Below are positions 44,801-58,177 of a stretch of 58,177 nt of DNA, one piece after another. How positions within the stretch are numbered: the stretch's first letter is position 1; each line of letters opens with the position of its first letter. This DNA is from Cyanophora paradoxa CCMP329 (taxonomy: Eukaryota; Plantae; Glaucophyta): positions 1 through 58,177 of the forward strand of contig QPMI01000480.1 in NCBI GenBank assembly GCA_004431415.1. Direction: 5' to 3'. The notes beneath the pieces are model-generated. The model saw only the letters and a program-made list of their open reading frames with translations, was not told where the DNA came from and ran no database searches. The position numbers and the translations under genes were made by a program.

Positions 44801-47181
44801 GTCGGCCGTCGGCTAGCTGTAGGTCAGGCTGACGGCAGGCTGACGTCGACGGCAGGCTGTTGGACGCAAGCGCTGTTGTCTGGAAGCACGCCCAGGCGGC
44901 CCAGCTGCTACAGTCGGCTACAGCTGCTGCGGCCCTCTGCATGGTAAACGCTAACGGCTCGTTAAGCTCGGCTCGCAGCCGGGGCGGCTGGTCCGGGGTA
45001 TACGTAGATCCTCGCTAACGGCCAGCAGCTTCAAACAGCGGGCCAACCTGCACCTAACTCGCGCTTGAGCAGCGTCTTGAACAGCGTCTAGGGACCTCTA
45101 GCGAGCTGCTGTGCCTTGCTCTCGCGCAGGGAAGCCGCGGCAGTCGGCTGCAGCCGGGTTTTGAACAGCCCAGGTCCGACGGCCCGTCCCGGCGGGCTGC
45201 CGAGCGCTCATGTGCTCTTTGCTTCCCAGAGCGCTCCTAGAAGCGGGCGGCTTCCTCGCCGAGCGCCGAGCGGCATTTTCCGCGGTCTCGCAAGGTTCGA
45301 CCGGCAACCCTCGCGTAAATCTTGCCTCGCGAGGCGCCGCGGTCGTTTTATGTGCTCGTTGCGCTGAACATGTTGCGCAGGAGCGGTCGGTGGACGTGCG
45401 CTCGTCTGTTCCGTTGAGTCCATCCGGCCGCTCGCTTGAGTGAGCGCTCCAGCCCTGCGGTCTCCGCTCGCTTGAGTGAGCGTCGTGGTCTCCGCGCTCG
45501 AAGAGTGATCTTCGTTGCGCAGGACATGGGCGATAAGCGCGAGGCGGCGGCCGCGGTTCCGGAGGCGACAGCCGCGCCGGTGTTCAAGGAGCTCGAGGTA
45601 CTGCCCCGCCTATTTCTCAACGAGTCTGACACGCAGTTTTAGCCCGCGCGGAAGCGCCGCAGGAGGACGCAACCCGCACGCGGCGGTCCGACGGCCCAGA
45701 CTTTGACCCTTGCTGCACCCGACTTCCTCTGTTGCGAAACGGTGCGGTCCTCACCTTAACGCTTCCCCTCCATCTGAATCTGACTTCCGCACAGGAACCT
45801 GTGGGCTACTTGAAATTCACTCACATCTTGCCCTTCCTCAAGGACGGGCTCAAGGTGCGGCTCTTCGTTGCCAAGATCGACGTCTACGTCGTCGACGAAG
45901 GGTTCTTCTTCGTCGGCATCGGCATTCTAGTGCCCAAGGTGCGGCAAGATGAACCTCCCCCTCCCTTCCCCCCCCCCTCGCCCACGTCGCCCCGCAGTAC
46001 ACCCTCCTAGCTATATCTAGATGCCCTACCCGCCCCGCCTCCGCTCCGCCCCTCCGGGCCCCGGTGGGGGTACGCCTTCGCCGGCGTCTTCGGACAAGGT
46101 ACCCCCGGTAGCTGGGGTCCCTTGGTCCGACGGCGCTGGTGAGGGCGTACCCCCTCGCGCGGGCCCGATCGGGCACTAGCTCTAGATGCCCCTACTTACC
46201 CGCCCCTCCGGGCCCCGGTGGGGTACGCCTTCGCCGGCGTCTTCGGACAAGGTACCCCCGGTAGCTGGGGTCCCTTGGTCCGACGGCGCTGGTGAGGGCG
46301 TACCCCCCTCGCGCGGGCCCCGATCGGGCACTAGCTCTAGATGCCCCTACTTACCCGCCCCCTCCGGGCCCCCGGTGGGGGTACGCCTTCGCCGGCGTCT
46401 TCGGACAAGGTACCCCCCGGTAGCTGGGGTCCCTTGGTCCGAAGGCGCTGGTGAGGGCGTACCCCCTCGCGCGGGCCGCGTCGGGGCGCTAGCTTCATAG
46501 CTAAACGCCGTACCCCTCTTCAGTTGGGCCACATACTGACTCCATTTCAGTTGGGCGAAGCTGAGGAGCCCTCGGACGTCGTCAAGTTGGTTGTGCTTGC
46601 CGAAGGCAAAGCTGACGAGGACGTGCTGGGCAGAAAGGTAGCTCTGTCACTCCCTCGAGGTTTATTCAGTTCATTCACGTCTAGCGTGCAGATCCCGAGG
46701 ATATCACGGAGTTGCCTGGCAACGAAGAGCTCACTACTTTCAGTGGGCTGGAAGGCCGAGTGGTCTTCTGGCCCAAGGCCCTCCTTTCCCTCCTCCGCAG
46801 TGCTAGCTCTAGATAGTGTGCGGCCGCTAGGGCGGCGCTGTGTTGCAATTGCAGTATTCATGCATGGCAACCCCGGCGCTGCAGGGCAGGGTGCACGGGG
46901 CGGGGGCGCGGGCGCCCGGGTGCGCGAGCCTGCTATTTTTAGCTTCTCTGGGAACTCTTCTCTTTGTCGTCGGAACAATTGCTATTGCTATCTGAACAAT
47001 TGCCGTTGCTCTCGGGACTCCTGATTTGGGATCTCCATGGGCTACACAACTTAACGTTTCACTTGATCATTAGTTCCCAGACCTACGAAGTTTCCAGTAT
47101 GGAGAATTTGGGAAGTTCTGTGTCCAGAGACCGTAAGACTATCTGATTCCGAGCTATTGGAAATGGGGGGGCCCACTAGTG
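41811..47181. mobile_element. Complete non-autonomous CACTA (En/Spm) transposon, about 5.4 kb
   Basis: Left CACTAGGGGGC(8)AGTTCCAATGGTTCGGAATCA versus the reverse complement of 47144-47181, CACTAGTGGGC(7)ATTTCCAATAGCTCGGAATCA. CACTA...TAGTG ends with a 3-bp TSD TAT on both sides. No TnpD transposase was seen. Confidence 0.9.
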
Positions 47182-47428
47182 TATCTCGTAATTTCCTGCA
47201 ATTGCCGGCTTCGTGACGTCGACGCTGGCTTCGTGCGTCACAGCTTGATTATTTTTTCTTACGCTTCGTGCGCATGCGTCCACTCGCCATCGACTCGCTG
47301 ACGACTCGCTGACGATCGCGACTCGCGATCGAGCTCGCCCGGCCTCGCCGGCGCCGTCGAGGCGCGCCTGCAGTTTTGATTTTTTTTAGAAGCGTGAAGC
47401 ATTCGCTCAGCGGCTAACTTCAGTAATA

Positions 47429-47465
47429 TACAAGCAGGGGGCAAGCCCCCCGCACCCCCCATTTA
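47429..47465 (-). mobile_element. Helitron-like 3' terminal hairpin motif, copy 2
   Basis: TACAAGCAGGGGGCAAGCCCCCCGCACCCCCCATTTA, the same as 4258-4297 apart from homopolymer lengths. Confidence 0.4.
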
Positions 47466-49459
47466 CTGATGATCGATATCATGACCGTCGGACATAGCAA
47501 TAGCGAAGCATGTATACGTAGATCTGCAGCTGAACTTCAATCGAGAAACGCGCAGCGTCGACGTCAGCGCCATATGCATACGCGCGCGTCGCGTCGGCCG
47601 CGCCGACTTCGATCTAGACTCTCAGATCTTGAGCTTCGTTACTAAGTTAAGATCTTTGGCTAGCTTTAGATCGGAACTGTTACAATTAGCTATTATTGCA
47701 AGGGGGAAAGAAGACCGAAGGTCTTCCCCCTTGCTTCCCGTTCCCTCGCTTCAGCCAAAAGTTTTCTATGAGGCCGTTTGCGAGGTCCAGTATGCAACAC
47801 CAGAAAAAAATGGTGCTTTATTCGCGTTCCGATTGGCTGGGTGAACCGGTCAGCCCTCGACTTTGGAGCGTCAAACTCGAGGGGAAAAAGTGGTTTTCGA
47901 GGGGAAAACCAGCTTCTGTCTCACGTGCACTCCTCTAGCTTGTTCTACGTATACTGTATAGATCTGGGCTCTCCGGGCTTCTCCCTCGCGCGGCGCGGCG
48001 CTGCATCATAGCAACCACTTCTCCTTAGCTGTCTCCTCTAGTTTTAAAAATTCCCCTTCCTCGCACTGCGCCGCGTACGCCGCACGGTCCGCTTGCGCTG
48101 TTAACGTTGCCTAGCTACGTATACGTATACGCCGCTGATCGCAGCCGAGCACTGCGGCACGCCCGCTCAGCACGCGGCCGACATATGCATCGAGCTGATA
48201 CGTATATACCGCAGAACCGCGTGCGCGTGCCCGCAGCCGAGTACGCCGGCCGGGCCGGGCGCGCGCGCAGTCGTACGCGTGCTGCGCGTGGATGCGCAGC
48301 CAAGATTGAGTTTGCACCGCAAAACCGCTTGCGCCGCTGCCAAGCTGCGCCGCTGATCGCAGCCGAGCTTGGCCGGCCGCCGGGGCGTGCAGACTGTACT
48401 CTCTTGCTGCGCTCAGCACGCTGCCGACATCGAGTTCATACCGCAGAACTGCTGCTCGACTGCCCGCAGCCGAGCACGCCGGCTGGGCCGAGTGCCGCGG
48501 TGCTCTTGTTGCGCTCGGCACGCCGCTGCTGAGGACCCAGTCCATCCCGTCCGCGGCTGGCACGTACTGCCGGTCATATATAATATGTGTCTATCTTTAC
48601 TACTTCAACCTGCCGCGCGCGCTGGGCCGGGATCAATCTACATCTGCCCCGTACATGTTCGTGCCACTACTACTCTTTCATTAGATCCCGATTCCCCCTT
48701 GCACCCCGGAGCGCCAAACGCGGCCGGGCCCTAGTATACTTCGATTCTTGCTCAGTTTGCCAGCTGCAGAACGACGTCGACGGACCGGACGTTTTCAGGA
48801 CAAAGAATTCGAATAATCTTCCTCGGCTTCGTACGCGTCTTCCCGTTTGTATGACCATACATCTAGGAAATCTTGTACCGCGTCCGCGAGAGACTGAGCA
48901 TCCAATATGCATTTAGAGACGTACTAGCTCGTGTTTAGTGCTTCGGTCTCTCGCCAATCGCTCCCCTAGTTGTAGTGTTACTTGAGTGTACGCTCCCCCA
49001 TTCTGTACCCTCTTACTTGAGTGTACCCTTGCCGAGTGGACCCCCTGTTTCTCCTCCCCCTCCCCGTGACCGCGCGCGGTTGCGGGCCCCGTCACGGCGT
49101 TTAATAATTAGTACTTCGCCAAAACTGCCACTTTAGCGGCTGGTAAATCTTTAGTAGGTCAGTCTTCGCAGGGCTTTTGTATGGCGGAGACGGGGCTACC
49201 CCTACAAATTCTCGGCTTTAGCAGGCGGGAAATATTTAGTAGATCGCCCAAAAACTTTTAGTACTATAAATATGCAACCCACTAAATATTTCTAGCTCTC
49301 CAGTAAGTCCCGTAAGTCGTAAGTGGCAACCCTACCCGCCGGCGCCGGCGGGGCTGGAGCCTGGAGTCCCTGCAGCTGGACTCCCTGGAGCCTGGCGGGC
49401 AGTGGCGCCCGGCCCCACTGGCGGGCCACTGGCGGCCCCGCAGTTACCGCCGACACTGT

Positions 49460-50630
49460 GACAGCGGCCGAAGCGGCTGGCAGATCTTGCCATGTGTAAA
49501 TTAGCTACCGTACCGGGTACCGGTGGGTTCTAGTAGACTCCTGGTACGGAACAGTCCTAGTAACTGCCGCCTAGTAACTGCCGCTACGAGTTATGGGCCT
49601 TAGGCGGAGTTTCCTGGCGAACTGGGGCCAAACTCCAGGGGCCTGAAGCGGCTGGCAGATCTTGCCCTTATGTAAATTAGCTACCGGGTAGGTTCTAGTA
49701 GCCTCCTGGTACAGTCCTAGTAACCGCCGGCTAGTAAGTTAGCAGTAACTGCCAACAGCAGCTTTTATATAGCATGTGAAATATACCGGCACGTGCCCAA
49801 TCGGAAAACACTGGCATTTTCAAGTCGAATTAGTACGGGACCTCGACGGTCCCAGCGCAGTACTAATTTGAGTCAAAAGGTGTTCCAGTCTAAAACTCGG
49901 CCGAGTTTTAGTCAATCGACTTGACTCGGAAAAAGTTTGTATGGCGGAAACTGCGCCTAAGGCCCATAACTCGTAGCGTGCCAACAGCAGCTTTTTAGCC
50001 TAGTAGTACCGTAGTACGGGACCTCGATCGCGACGGTCCCAGCGCTGTACTAATTTGACTTGGAAGGTGTTCCCAGTGCAAAAACTCGGCCGAGTTTTAG
50101 TCAATCCACTTGACTCTTGGCAGCCCCGCGGCGGAGTGCTGCCAGCCTGTGCCAGGCTGGTGTCTAGAGCAGTGAATTTAAAATTTCACTTTCGCAAATT
50201 GCAAAATGAAAATTTACATATTAATTTTCAGAAAACTTTCACTGCCAAAAAGAGCACTGAAAACTTTCAATATTTGCAAGGGGGGTACCGTTGAAGCTGC
50301 TTTTTGGGGGGGTGTAACCGGGTGTTTCATGATCACGCCAAATTGGAGGGTCAAACACGCCAGAAGACGAGACGAGACGAGAAAGTTTTCGAAAGTTTAC
50401 TGAAAGTTTTCAGGGTGCTTCTGGAATAATAAAATTTCACAAACACTTTTTTTTCGATCCGTGGGGCCGCCATGGGGCATGATCGATCGGAATTATGTGG
50501 AACGGGCGGGATTCGAAGGCGTGATGGTCTAGAGACTGTGGCCGGTAATTCACAAAAAAAAGACTTGACTCGGAAAACGCTTGTACATGTATGGCGGAAA
50601 CTGCGCCTAAGGCCCATAACTCGTAGCGTA
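49460..50630. repeat. Patchwork of degenerate direct and inverted repeats (TE debris)
   Basis: TATGGCGGAAACTGCGCCTAAGGCCCATAACTCGTAGCG occurs at about 49940 and 50590, with a partial inverted copy at about 49583. GTCTAGAGACTGTGGCCGGTAATTCAC occurs at about 50528 and 5906. Confidence 0.65.
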
Positions 50631-51785
50631 CCGAACGATAAGTCGGTAACCCGAGGCCGGCCGTACGGTAACTAGTAAGCTTCCACTGTCGGTGTCGGTG
50701 TCGCAAATCGATATCGGTGTCGGTGTCGCAAATCAAGGTGCGCTGCCGCAGTGCTTGCCAAAGTTGGTCGAGGTGACCATAAGTGCGCACACGTGCGTGC
50801 ACCTCGACGTGCTGCTAAGTTGTGCTAACTGCCAACTTCGGACTCGGGACGGGACGCCAGCTGCAGTCGCTGATCTTTTCACAGACTCGCTGTCAATCAT
50901 GTTCTCGTGTGCGCATGCGTCGACAGCGTATCATAGTATGCAAATTATGTAGATGTGCCGTAATCCGGATCGACGCAGATGAAGCCGGAAACTACCTCAA
51001 TTCGATCTTCGCGTCAACGACTCCCCGCGTATCCCATCTCATTACTCCTTATTACTGTATTCGAAAGCCTTGACGAGTTGTACGCAGGCCGGCATGGCAG
51101 ACCCATGTGGACGCCATGAAGTGCGACAGCCTCGCACCCTCGCGCTCCCGAGCCTCATGGCCACCGGCGCCTTGATTGTAACTGCAGGGCCGCCGGCTGG
51201 ACGAATGCCGCTCTCAACGCTTCGGCGACCGCGTCTTCTGAATGTGCTCGGTTTGGTCTTGTCTCTGACAAACGATTCCCTTGGCTGACCCCTTTTTCCG
51301 CCGCCGCGCGCCAGACCACGTTCAACACGGCGCTTCCAAGGCGACCGGTGCGGATTGTGTATACGTACCCAGGGCCCGGGGAGTCAGGGTGTCTGGGGGC
51401 AGCGCACTGACTCAGCGAGGCCATGCAATTCGTGAATATACCTGAAGTACAAGCGCACAGACGGTAAGGACAGGACGGAAACTTCAGCGACACCGCGAAT
51501 CTCGGATTCCACACGGCCGTCGGCGACGCCAAGCCTTCCATCACGATCAGCCTTGGCGTGAGCGCATATATACCTCCTAAAATCTCCAAACTCTTTCTTC
51601 CGCATCTTTGCATCCCTTGATCATACCACTGCACCATAGAAAGACTTCACGGTCGGACAGATCGACGTGTACAACGTGCGGCGCTTTCCATTTTCCGTTT
51701 CCCTGGTCCGCCGATCCGTTGGTCCGCTCTAAGTCGCTTGTGTGCGCATGCGCAGCGCTCGGACTGTGCGCGCCGAGTCTACGTT

Positions 51786-51971
<186 letters not shown>

Positions 51972-53021
51972 GAAAAATCACAGGCTGCGCCGACCGTTTC
52001 AAGAACATCGTTTACGAGGCAAGCGTCTGAACATTCAGACATTTTGGTCTTCGGTCTCTCACGGTTTCCGTACGTGTTCGTAGGTGCTGAACGACGGCCA
52101 AGTGGTGCGCGGGCTACGATCGTGACTTTAACATGCACGTGGGCCCGCGGCTTGCTGAGCGCGAGCTCGCAATGGATCGGCACAGGTCTACAACTCCGGC
52201 ACGATCGCCAGCCCACATCCGACGCGACGGTCAAGAATCTCATCAAGCAGGCAGTCTCGTTTATTGTCGGTATGCCTTGCCACTCGAGAGAGTAATCTCG
52301 AAGCATGCATGCGATGATTCGATCCGCTCATGCAGGCGACTCCGTTCGGATCACCAATGTCACGGGCTCAAACGGTGCGTTAGGCGTACTAGTTCCTCAT
52401 CTTGCTTCATGCTCACAAGAAAAAGTCTGACAACTCTGGCTCGCGATCGTGAAATTTCAGCGTACTTGAACATCAGCGAGATCGACGTCTGGGGAAAGGA
52501 TGTATCTTCATCATCAACTTCAATTGCGCTGGCACGCCAGTTGCTGGAACTAACAAGTTTGCGATGGACTGTGAGCTTTGTGAAAATATGTGTCTGCAGT
52601 AGATCTAGAAGTACACCGATGCATACGCGTTTACAGCACGAGAGTATCTCGTCTCGACGATCCAGTTGCACTGAATGACAATGCGAGCTCGAGGTGCGCG
52701 TTACGCTGAACTTGCATGCAGACTTTAATTGGGATCCTCGCCTCACGCCTCGAATCGCAGGCCGAAGTCGACGACGAAATCGCGGACATGAAGCAGAGCT
52801 CAATTCCGAGGCTGCGGTAGTCTTTTCGCGCGGCCCATCGATCTGGCCCCGCCACCGAATTCTTCCTGCAGATGATCATGACTGCCGCGGCCGAGCTCGA
52901 GGCGCCGACATCGACTTCGCGTAGATCTAGAGTAACGTTCACATCAATCACCTCGTTTTGAGCAATCGCAATTCCGGATTCAGTCATCCTGGCGGAGGCC
53001 TTGGGCCATTAAAGAGGCTGG

Positions 53022-54671
53022 CTACCGCAGTGCGATAAGGAGTGCCGGGCTACAAGAGGGAATGGTGGGAGGAAGGGGCGTGGGGGTGGGGGGGGGGGGG
53101 GGGTGGGAGGAGGAGGATCGAGCCGGCGCGCCTTCGTCACCGCCGCGCCTCCCCCGCCTCCTTCCTCTTCTCGGCGAGCTCCTGCCCGAGCCGAGCCGCC
53201 GCGCCGGACGGAGGAGGAAGATGCACCGGTTGGGCGCGGAGGCGCTGGTCGGCGTAGCGCGCGGCGGCCTCGCGCCGCCTCCGCTCCGCCGCTGAGCCTG
53301 GGGCGGCCGCTCCGACTCGGTTTCCGCCCCGCGTCGCCCGCGAGAGCGGCGAGGGCAGGGTGGGGATGCGGGGCACCGTTGGTGAAGTCGAGTGGATGGC
53401 GGCCGGGGCGACGCTGGGAGGCTCTCCACGGAGACGCTCAGCACGTACGTCCGCTGGGCCTGCAGGGGTCCAGTGTGAGGGGCCGGCGGGGGCGGGGGAC
53501 AGGAGCAGGGAGCACCCGTCGCCGATGGTGAGGCCGGACAGCACGACGCTCGCGTGCCCGCCGGCCACGCACCGGCCCCGCCGCCGCCGCCACCTGGGAC
53601 GCCGGGCCCTCCGGTCCGCGGCACGGCCGCCCGAGGCGGAGACAAAGCAGGCGAGGCGGAGGGCGGGGCGGGTGGCGCCGGTGCGGGGTTCTCGAAGCGG
53701 TCGAGGAGCTCGAGGCGAGGCTTGGGAGCGCGGCGCCCGTCCCAGCTGCAGCCCCGTCGCCCGCCCTCCGCCGCCACCCGCAGCGCGTGCGGCGCCCTGC
53801 AGGCGGCCTCGGCTCTCGGGCCGAGCAGGAGGGGCGGGGGGAGGGGCGCGCGGACCGGGCGGACGGTGAGGTCGCAGGCGGCGGGGGCGACGGAGGGTCT
53901 GGCGCGCCGCTCGCGGCGAGGCGAATCGCCTCCGCAGGGCCGGCACCTCCCGGAACACGTACCTGGCGCCTCCCGGCACCTGCGCGGCCTCAGGGGCGGG
54001 CGGAGACGCGGATGGGGGCAGGGGCGGGGCGCCTCGTCGGGGAGCCGCAGAGGGCCCCCGTCTCCGAGAGCACCTCCGCCTGCGGGACCGTGGGGGGCGA
54101 AGAGTACGGGGGGGGCGTGGAGGGAAGGGGCGGGGCGTGGAGGGCAGGGGCCGGGGCGGCTCACAGGGATGTCGGGGAGCGTGGCGCCGGCCTCGCAGGC
54201 GAGGGCGCCCGGCGGGAGGCGCAGGACGACGCGCTCCGCCCGCTCCGCCGCGGCACCACCCGCACGATACCGCCGCCGCCTCCACTCCTGGGCGCCCTGC
54301 TCAGGCGAGGTAGGCGAGGCGCGGCAGAGGGCCGGGGCGCACGGGCGGGGGGCGGAGGCGGCGGGGCGGCGCGGACGGCGGAGGGGGCGGCGGGGACGAG
54401 GGCGAAGCGGATGGAGTGGACGCCGGCCTCGCGCGCAGGCGGCTCCGGTCCCGCTGCTGCCGAGCGGCGGGCGGGGGGGCCGGCGCGGTCAGGCGAAGCG
54501 GGGCGACTGGAGGGGCGGGGGGGCGGACCAGGGAGGCGCGGAGGAGGGCGAGGGGGGCGACGCCGGCCTTGAGGGGGATGCGGATGGGGAGGCGGGGGCC
54601 GACGTGCACGGCGCCGGCGGCCGAGGCGGCCACCGATCGGGAGCCATCCTCGTCGAGCGCCCGCGGCCCGC
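53022..54671 (-). pseudogene. GC-rich spliced gene of unknown function, apparently cut at its 5' side by CACTA copy 3
   Basis: Exon-like segments (ERVVLRLPPGALACEAGATLPDIP|, RLELLDRFENP, ASVVLSGLTIGDGCSLLL) are bounded by GT..AG C-rich introns on the minus strand. No family was recognised. Confidence 0.35.
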
Positions 54672-57600
54672 ATTGAATGCAAGAGCTTCCGGGCGAGCTA
54701 GCGATGGTGCTCCTGGTCAAGCTTTCGTTTGTAGAGCGCGTCCGGCTCGAGCGCGTGTCGAGGGAGAGACTAGCCTCGCCATCGACCACAGGCTCGCAGA
54801 GCTCACAGGCTGCCAGACGACGCGGCTCACGGGACGGGGCGGAAGTGCGGCGGGCGGCGGCGCAGCTGCGGCGAGACGGAGGCGTGGCGGATGGCGGCGC
54901 AGCTCGTCGGGCGAGAAGGAGGCGTGGCGGATGGCGGCGCAGCTCGTCGGGCGAGAAGGAGGCGTGGCGGACGGCGGCGCGGCTCACCGCACGGAGCGCG
55001 GCTTGCCGTACAGGGCGGGGGCTCGGCGGCGGCGGCGCGCTCACCGCACGGCGCCGGGCTCGGCGGGCGGCGGCGCGGCTCACCGCACGGAGCGCGGCTT
55101 GCCGTACAGGGCGGGGGCTCGGCGGGCGGCGGCGCGGCTCACCGCACGAGGCGGAGCTTGGCGAGTGCCGGCGCGGCTCGCCGGGCGGGGCGGAGACTCG
55201 TCGGCGGCGGCGCAGCTCGACGGGCGGGGCGGGGACGCGGCGGCCGCGGGCAGCGGCCCGGCTCGACGGGCGGCGGGCGGCGCGGGGCGGCGGGCGGCGG
55301 GGCGGCGGCTCGCGGGCGGGCGGAGACTCGGCGGGCGGCGGCGCGGCTCGACGGGCCGGGGCGACGGCGCGGCTCGCCGGGCGGGGCGGAGACTCGTCGG
55401 ACGGCGGCGCAGCTCGACGGGTAGGGTGCGGACGCGGCGGGCGGCGGCGCGGCACGCCGGGCGGGGCGGGACGCGGCGGGCGGCGCGCGGCTCGCCGGGC
55501 GGGGCGGCGGCCCGGCGGGCGACGGCGGGCTCGCCGGGCGGGGCGGAGACTCGTCGGGCGGCGGCGCAGCTCGACGGGCGGGGCGGGACGCGGGGCGGCG
55601 GCGCGGCTCGACGGGCGGGGCGGCGGCGCGGCGGGCGCGGCTTTGCGGACGGCGGCGCGGGTCGCAGGACGGGGCGGCGGCGCGGCGGGCAACAGCTCCG
55701 CGGCAGGACTTGCCGCACGGGGCGGGGGCTCTGCGGCTTCAAGGCTAGTTACCACGCGTGTCAAAATAGGTTGCTCTGACGTACTGCTTCATGGCCTGGC
55801 TGCGCGAGAATGCGCACTGTGGCACTGCAGATCTAGAACAGAATCAGATGCACCCCTTCCCCCTTCGTGTCCGGATCCTAGAGCCTCGAAGAAGATTCAC
55901 GCTTAATAACTAAGTTTATTGAAAGGGAGATGTTTATAGCATATAATTATATGAGATGTGCTGGGTGACATAGTGCCGCACTATCACTTTTAAGTTGACA
56001 AGCCGAAAGTACGACTTCAAACTTCTCAACATCACACTGACTCATGATCAGTGATCATGATCGAGATTGAACGTGCCGCACGTTCGCGCAGGATGCAAAT
56101 CGGACAGCATGATGAACATCCATTATACTTTCATTTAACTCAGTGAGTCCAGCGAGAATGCGGCCAGGTGGCCTTGCTCTAACATCGAGCCCTTCGAGAG
56201 CCCGTGCTGTGGCGTGTGCGCAGGGCCTGGGCTCGATACTAGACAGCGAAACAATCACTTTTCAAACATTATACAGATCCTGCCACTAGACAGAGCGGCG
56301 CGCGCCCTGAACTGTCCACTCGCATGAGATTCTCCAGTGGGGTCCGTGACAGACTCGGATCAAATCGAGCGCCCGAAGGCCACGACGAGGCAGGCGTATA
56401 TCTATGCACGTATTAGCACTTCTATGAAGAAGAGAGCAAAATGCGCGATACGGGCGCAAGCGCACTGGCACGCACGGCAGCGCGTCGTGGAATCTGTGTG
56501 GTGGGGTCAGTTCAAAGGCGCGTGGCCGAGCCAGCGACGCGCGACAGTAGCGCAAACTCCTGCAGTGCGTGCAATCTGCGTATGTGGTCAGTGCAGTCTC
56601 GCACGCCCGCCCGGCGGACGGTGGGCCGGGCTCTCAACGCGGCCGGCCGCGGTGTCCGATTGACGTCCGGCGGCGGCGACGTCCGGCTTCAGTCGGCCGT
56701 CGGCTAGCTGTAGGTCAGGCTGACGGCAGGCTGACGTCGACGGCAGGCTGTTGGACGCAAGCGCTGTTGTCTGGAAGCACGCCCAGGCGGCCCAGCTGCT
56801 ACAGTCGGCTACAGCTGCTGCGGCCCTCTGCATGGTAAACGCTAACGGCTCGTTAAGCTCGGCTCGCAGCCGGGGCGGCTGGTCCGGGGTATACGTAGAT
56901 CCTCGCTAACGGCCAGCAGCTTCAAACAGCGGGCCAACCTGCACCTAACTCGCGCTTGAGCAGCGTCTTGAAAGCGTCTAGGGACCTCTAGCGAGCTGCT
57001 GTGCCTTGCTCTCGCGCAGGGAAGCCGCGGCAGTCGGCTGCAGCCGGGTTTTGAACAGCCCAGGTCCGACGGCCCGTCCCCGGCGGGCTGCCGAGCGCTC
57101 ATGTGCTCTTGCTTCCCAGAGCGCTCCTAGAAGCGGGCGGCTTCCTCGCCGAGCGCCGAGCGGCATTTTCCGCGGTCTCGCAAGGTTCGACCGGCAACCC
57201 TCGCGTAAATCTTGGCCTCGCGAGGCGCCGCGGTCGTTTAGTGCTCGTTGCGCTGAACATGTTGCGCAGGAGCGGTCGGTGGACGTGCGCTCGTCTGTTC
57301 GTTGAGTCCATCCGGCCGCTCGCTTGAGTGAGCGCTCCAGCCCTGCGGTCTCCGCTCGCTTGAGTGAGCGTCGTGGTCTCCGCGCTCGAAGAGTGATCTT
57401 CGTTGCGCAGGACATGGCGATAAGCGCGAGGCGGCGGCCGCGGTTCCGGAGGCGACAGCCGCGCCGGTGTTCAAGGAGCTCGAGGTACTGCCCCCGCTAT
57501 TTCTCAACGAGTCTGACACGCAGAAGTTTTAGCCCGCGCGGAAGCGCCGCAGGAGGACGCAACCCGCACGCGGCGGTCCGACGGCCCAGACTTTGACCCT

Positions 57601-58177
57601 TGCTGAACCCCGACTTCCTCTGTTGCGAAACGGTGCGGTCCTCACCTTAACGCTTCCCCCTCCATCTGAATCTGACTTCCGCACAGGACTGTGGGCTACT
57701 TTGAAATTCACTCACATCTGCCCTTCCTCAAGGACGGGCTCAAGGTGCGGCTCTTCGTTGCCAAGATCGACGTCTACGTCGTCGACGAAGGGTTCTTCTT
57801 CGTCGGCATCGGCATTCTAGTGCCCAAGGTGCGGCAAGATGAACCTCCCCCCTCCCCCTCCCCCCCCCCCCCTCGCCACGTCGCCCCCGCAGTACACCCT
57901 CCTAGCTATATCTAGATGCCTACCCCGCCCCCCTCCGCTCCCGCCCCCTCCGGGCCCCGGTGGGGGACGCCTTCGCCGGCGTCTTCGGACAAGGTACCCC
58001 CCGGTAGCTGGGGTCCCTTGGTCCGACGGCGCTGGTGAGGGCGTACCCCCCCTCGCGCGGGCCCCGATCGGGCACTAGCTCTAGATGCCCCTACTTACCC
58101 CGCCCCCTCCGGGCCCCCGGTGGGGGTACGCCTTGCCGGCGTCTTCGGACAAGGTACCCCCCGGTAGCTGGGGTCCC
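54672..58177. mobile_element. CACTA element copy 3, 5'-truncated, continuing past the window end
   Basis: Colinear with 37512-41200, starting at ATTGAATGCAAGAGC. It has more small indels than copies 1 and 2. Confidence 0.88.

Noticed and set aside
49095-49334. hAT-like end TGGCAACCCTA and other single TIR-like ends (about 4940 and 15910)
   Set aside because: No matching partner end or TSD was found in the window.

Overview
Eukaryotic genomic DNA from a GC-rich, intron-dense protist or alga. Introns are short GT-AG type, about 60-90 nt; the style resembles the glaucophyte Cyanophora, but this is unverified. (1) 1-~4100 is the AT-rich end of an endogenous Polinton-like virus (PLV)/virophage-like element. 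It carries the N-terminus of a double-jelly-roll major capsid gene, two divergent penton-like genes (all frameshifted), two iteron-like inverted-repeat blocks and a tandem repeat. At the host junction sits a 95-nt hairpin whose internal mismatches are all G.A pairs, closed by a GCGAAGC loop. (2) ~4250-9000 and ~15500-17440 are repeat/transposon debris, including a TA-flanked MITE. (3) 9138-35600 is a compact host gene cluster: a (Ser-Pro)n-stalk type I membrane protein, VTC4 polyphosphate polymerase with an unusual C-terminal beta-propeller-like extension, UBE2S, PRA1, a BCH/CRAL-TRIO protein, a PI-PLC X protein, an F-type lectin and an F-box protein. (4) 36728-47181 is a tandemly duplicated non-autonomous CACTA transposon (about 38-bp TIRs, TAT target duplication). 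It carries an F-box fragment, a GC-rich minisatellite and a spliced TnpA-like gene whose intron holds three tandem pre-miRNA-like hairpins. A third, 5'-truncated copy starts at 54672. All annotations come from manual reading and motif recognition; no searches were run. Many 1-nt indels in homopolymers may be sequencing errors.
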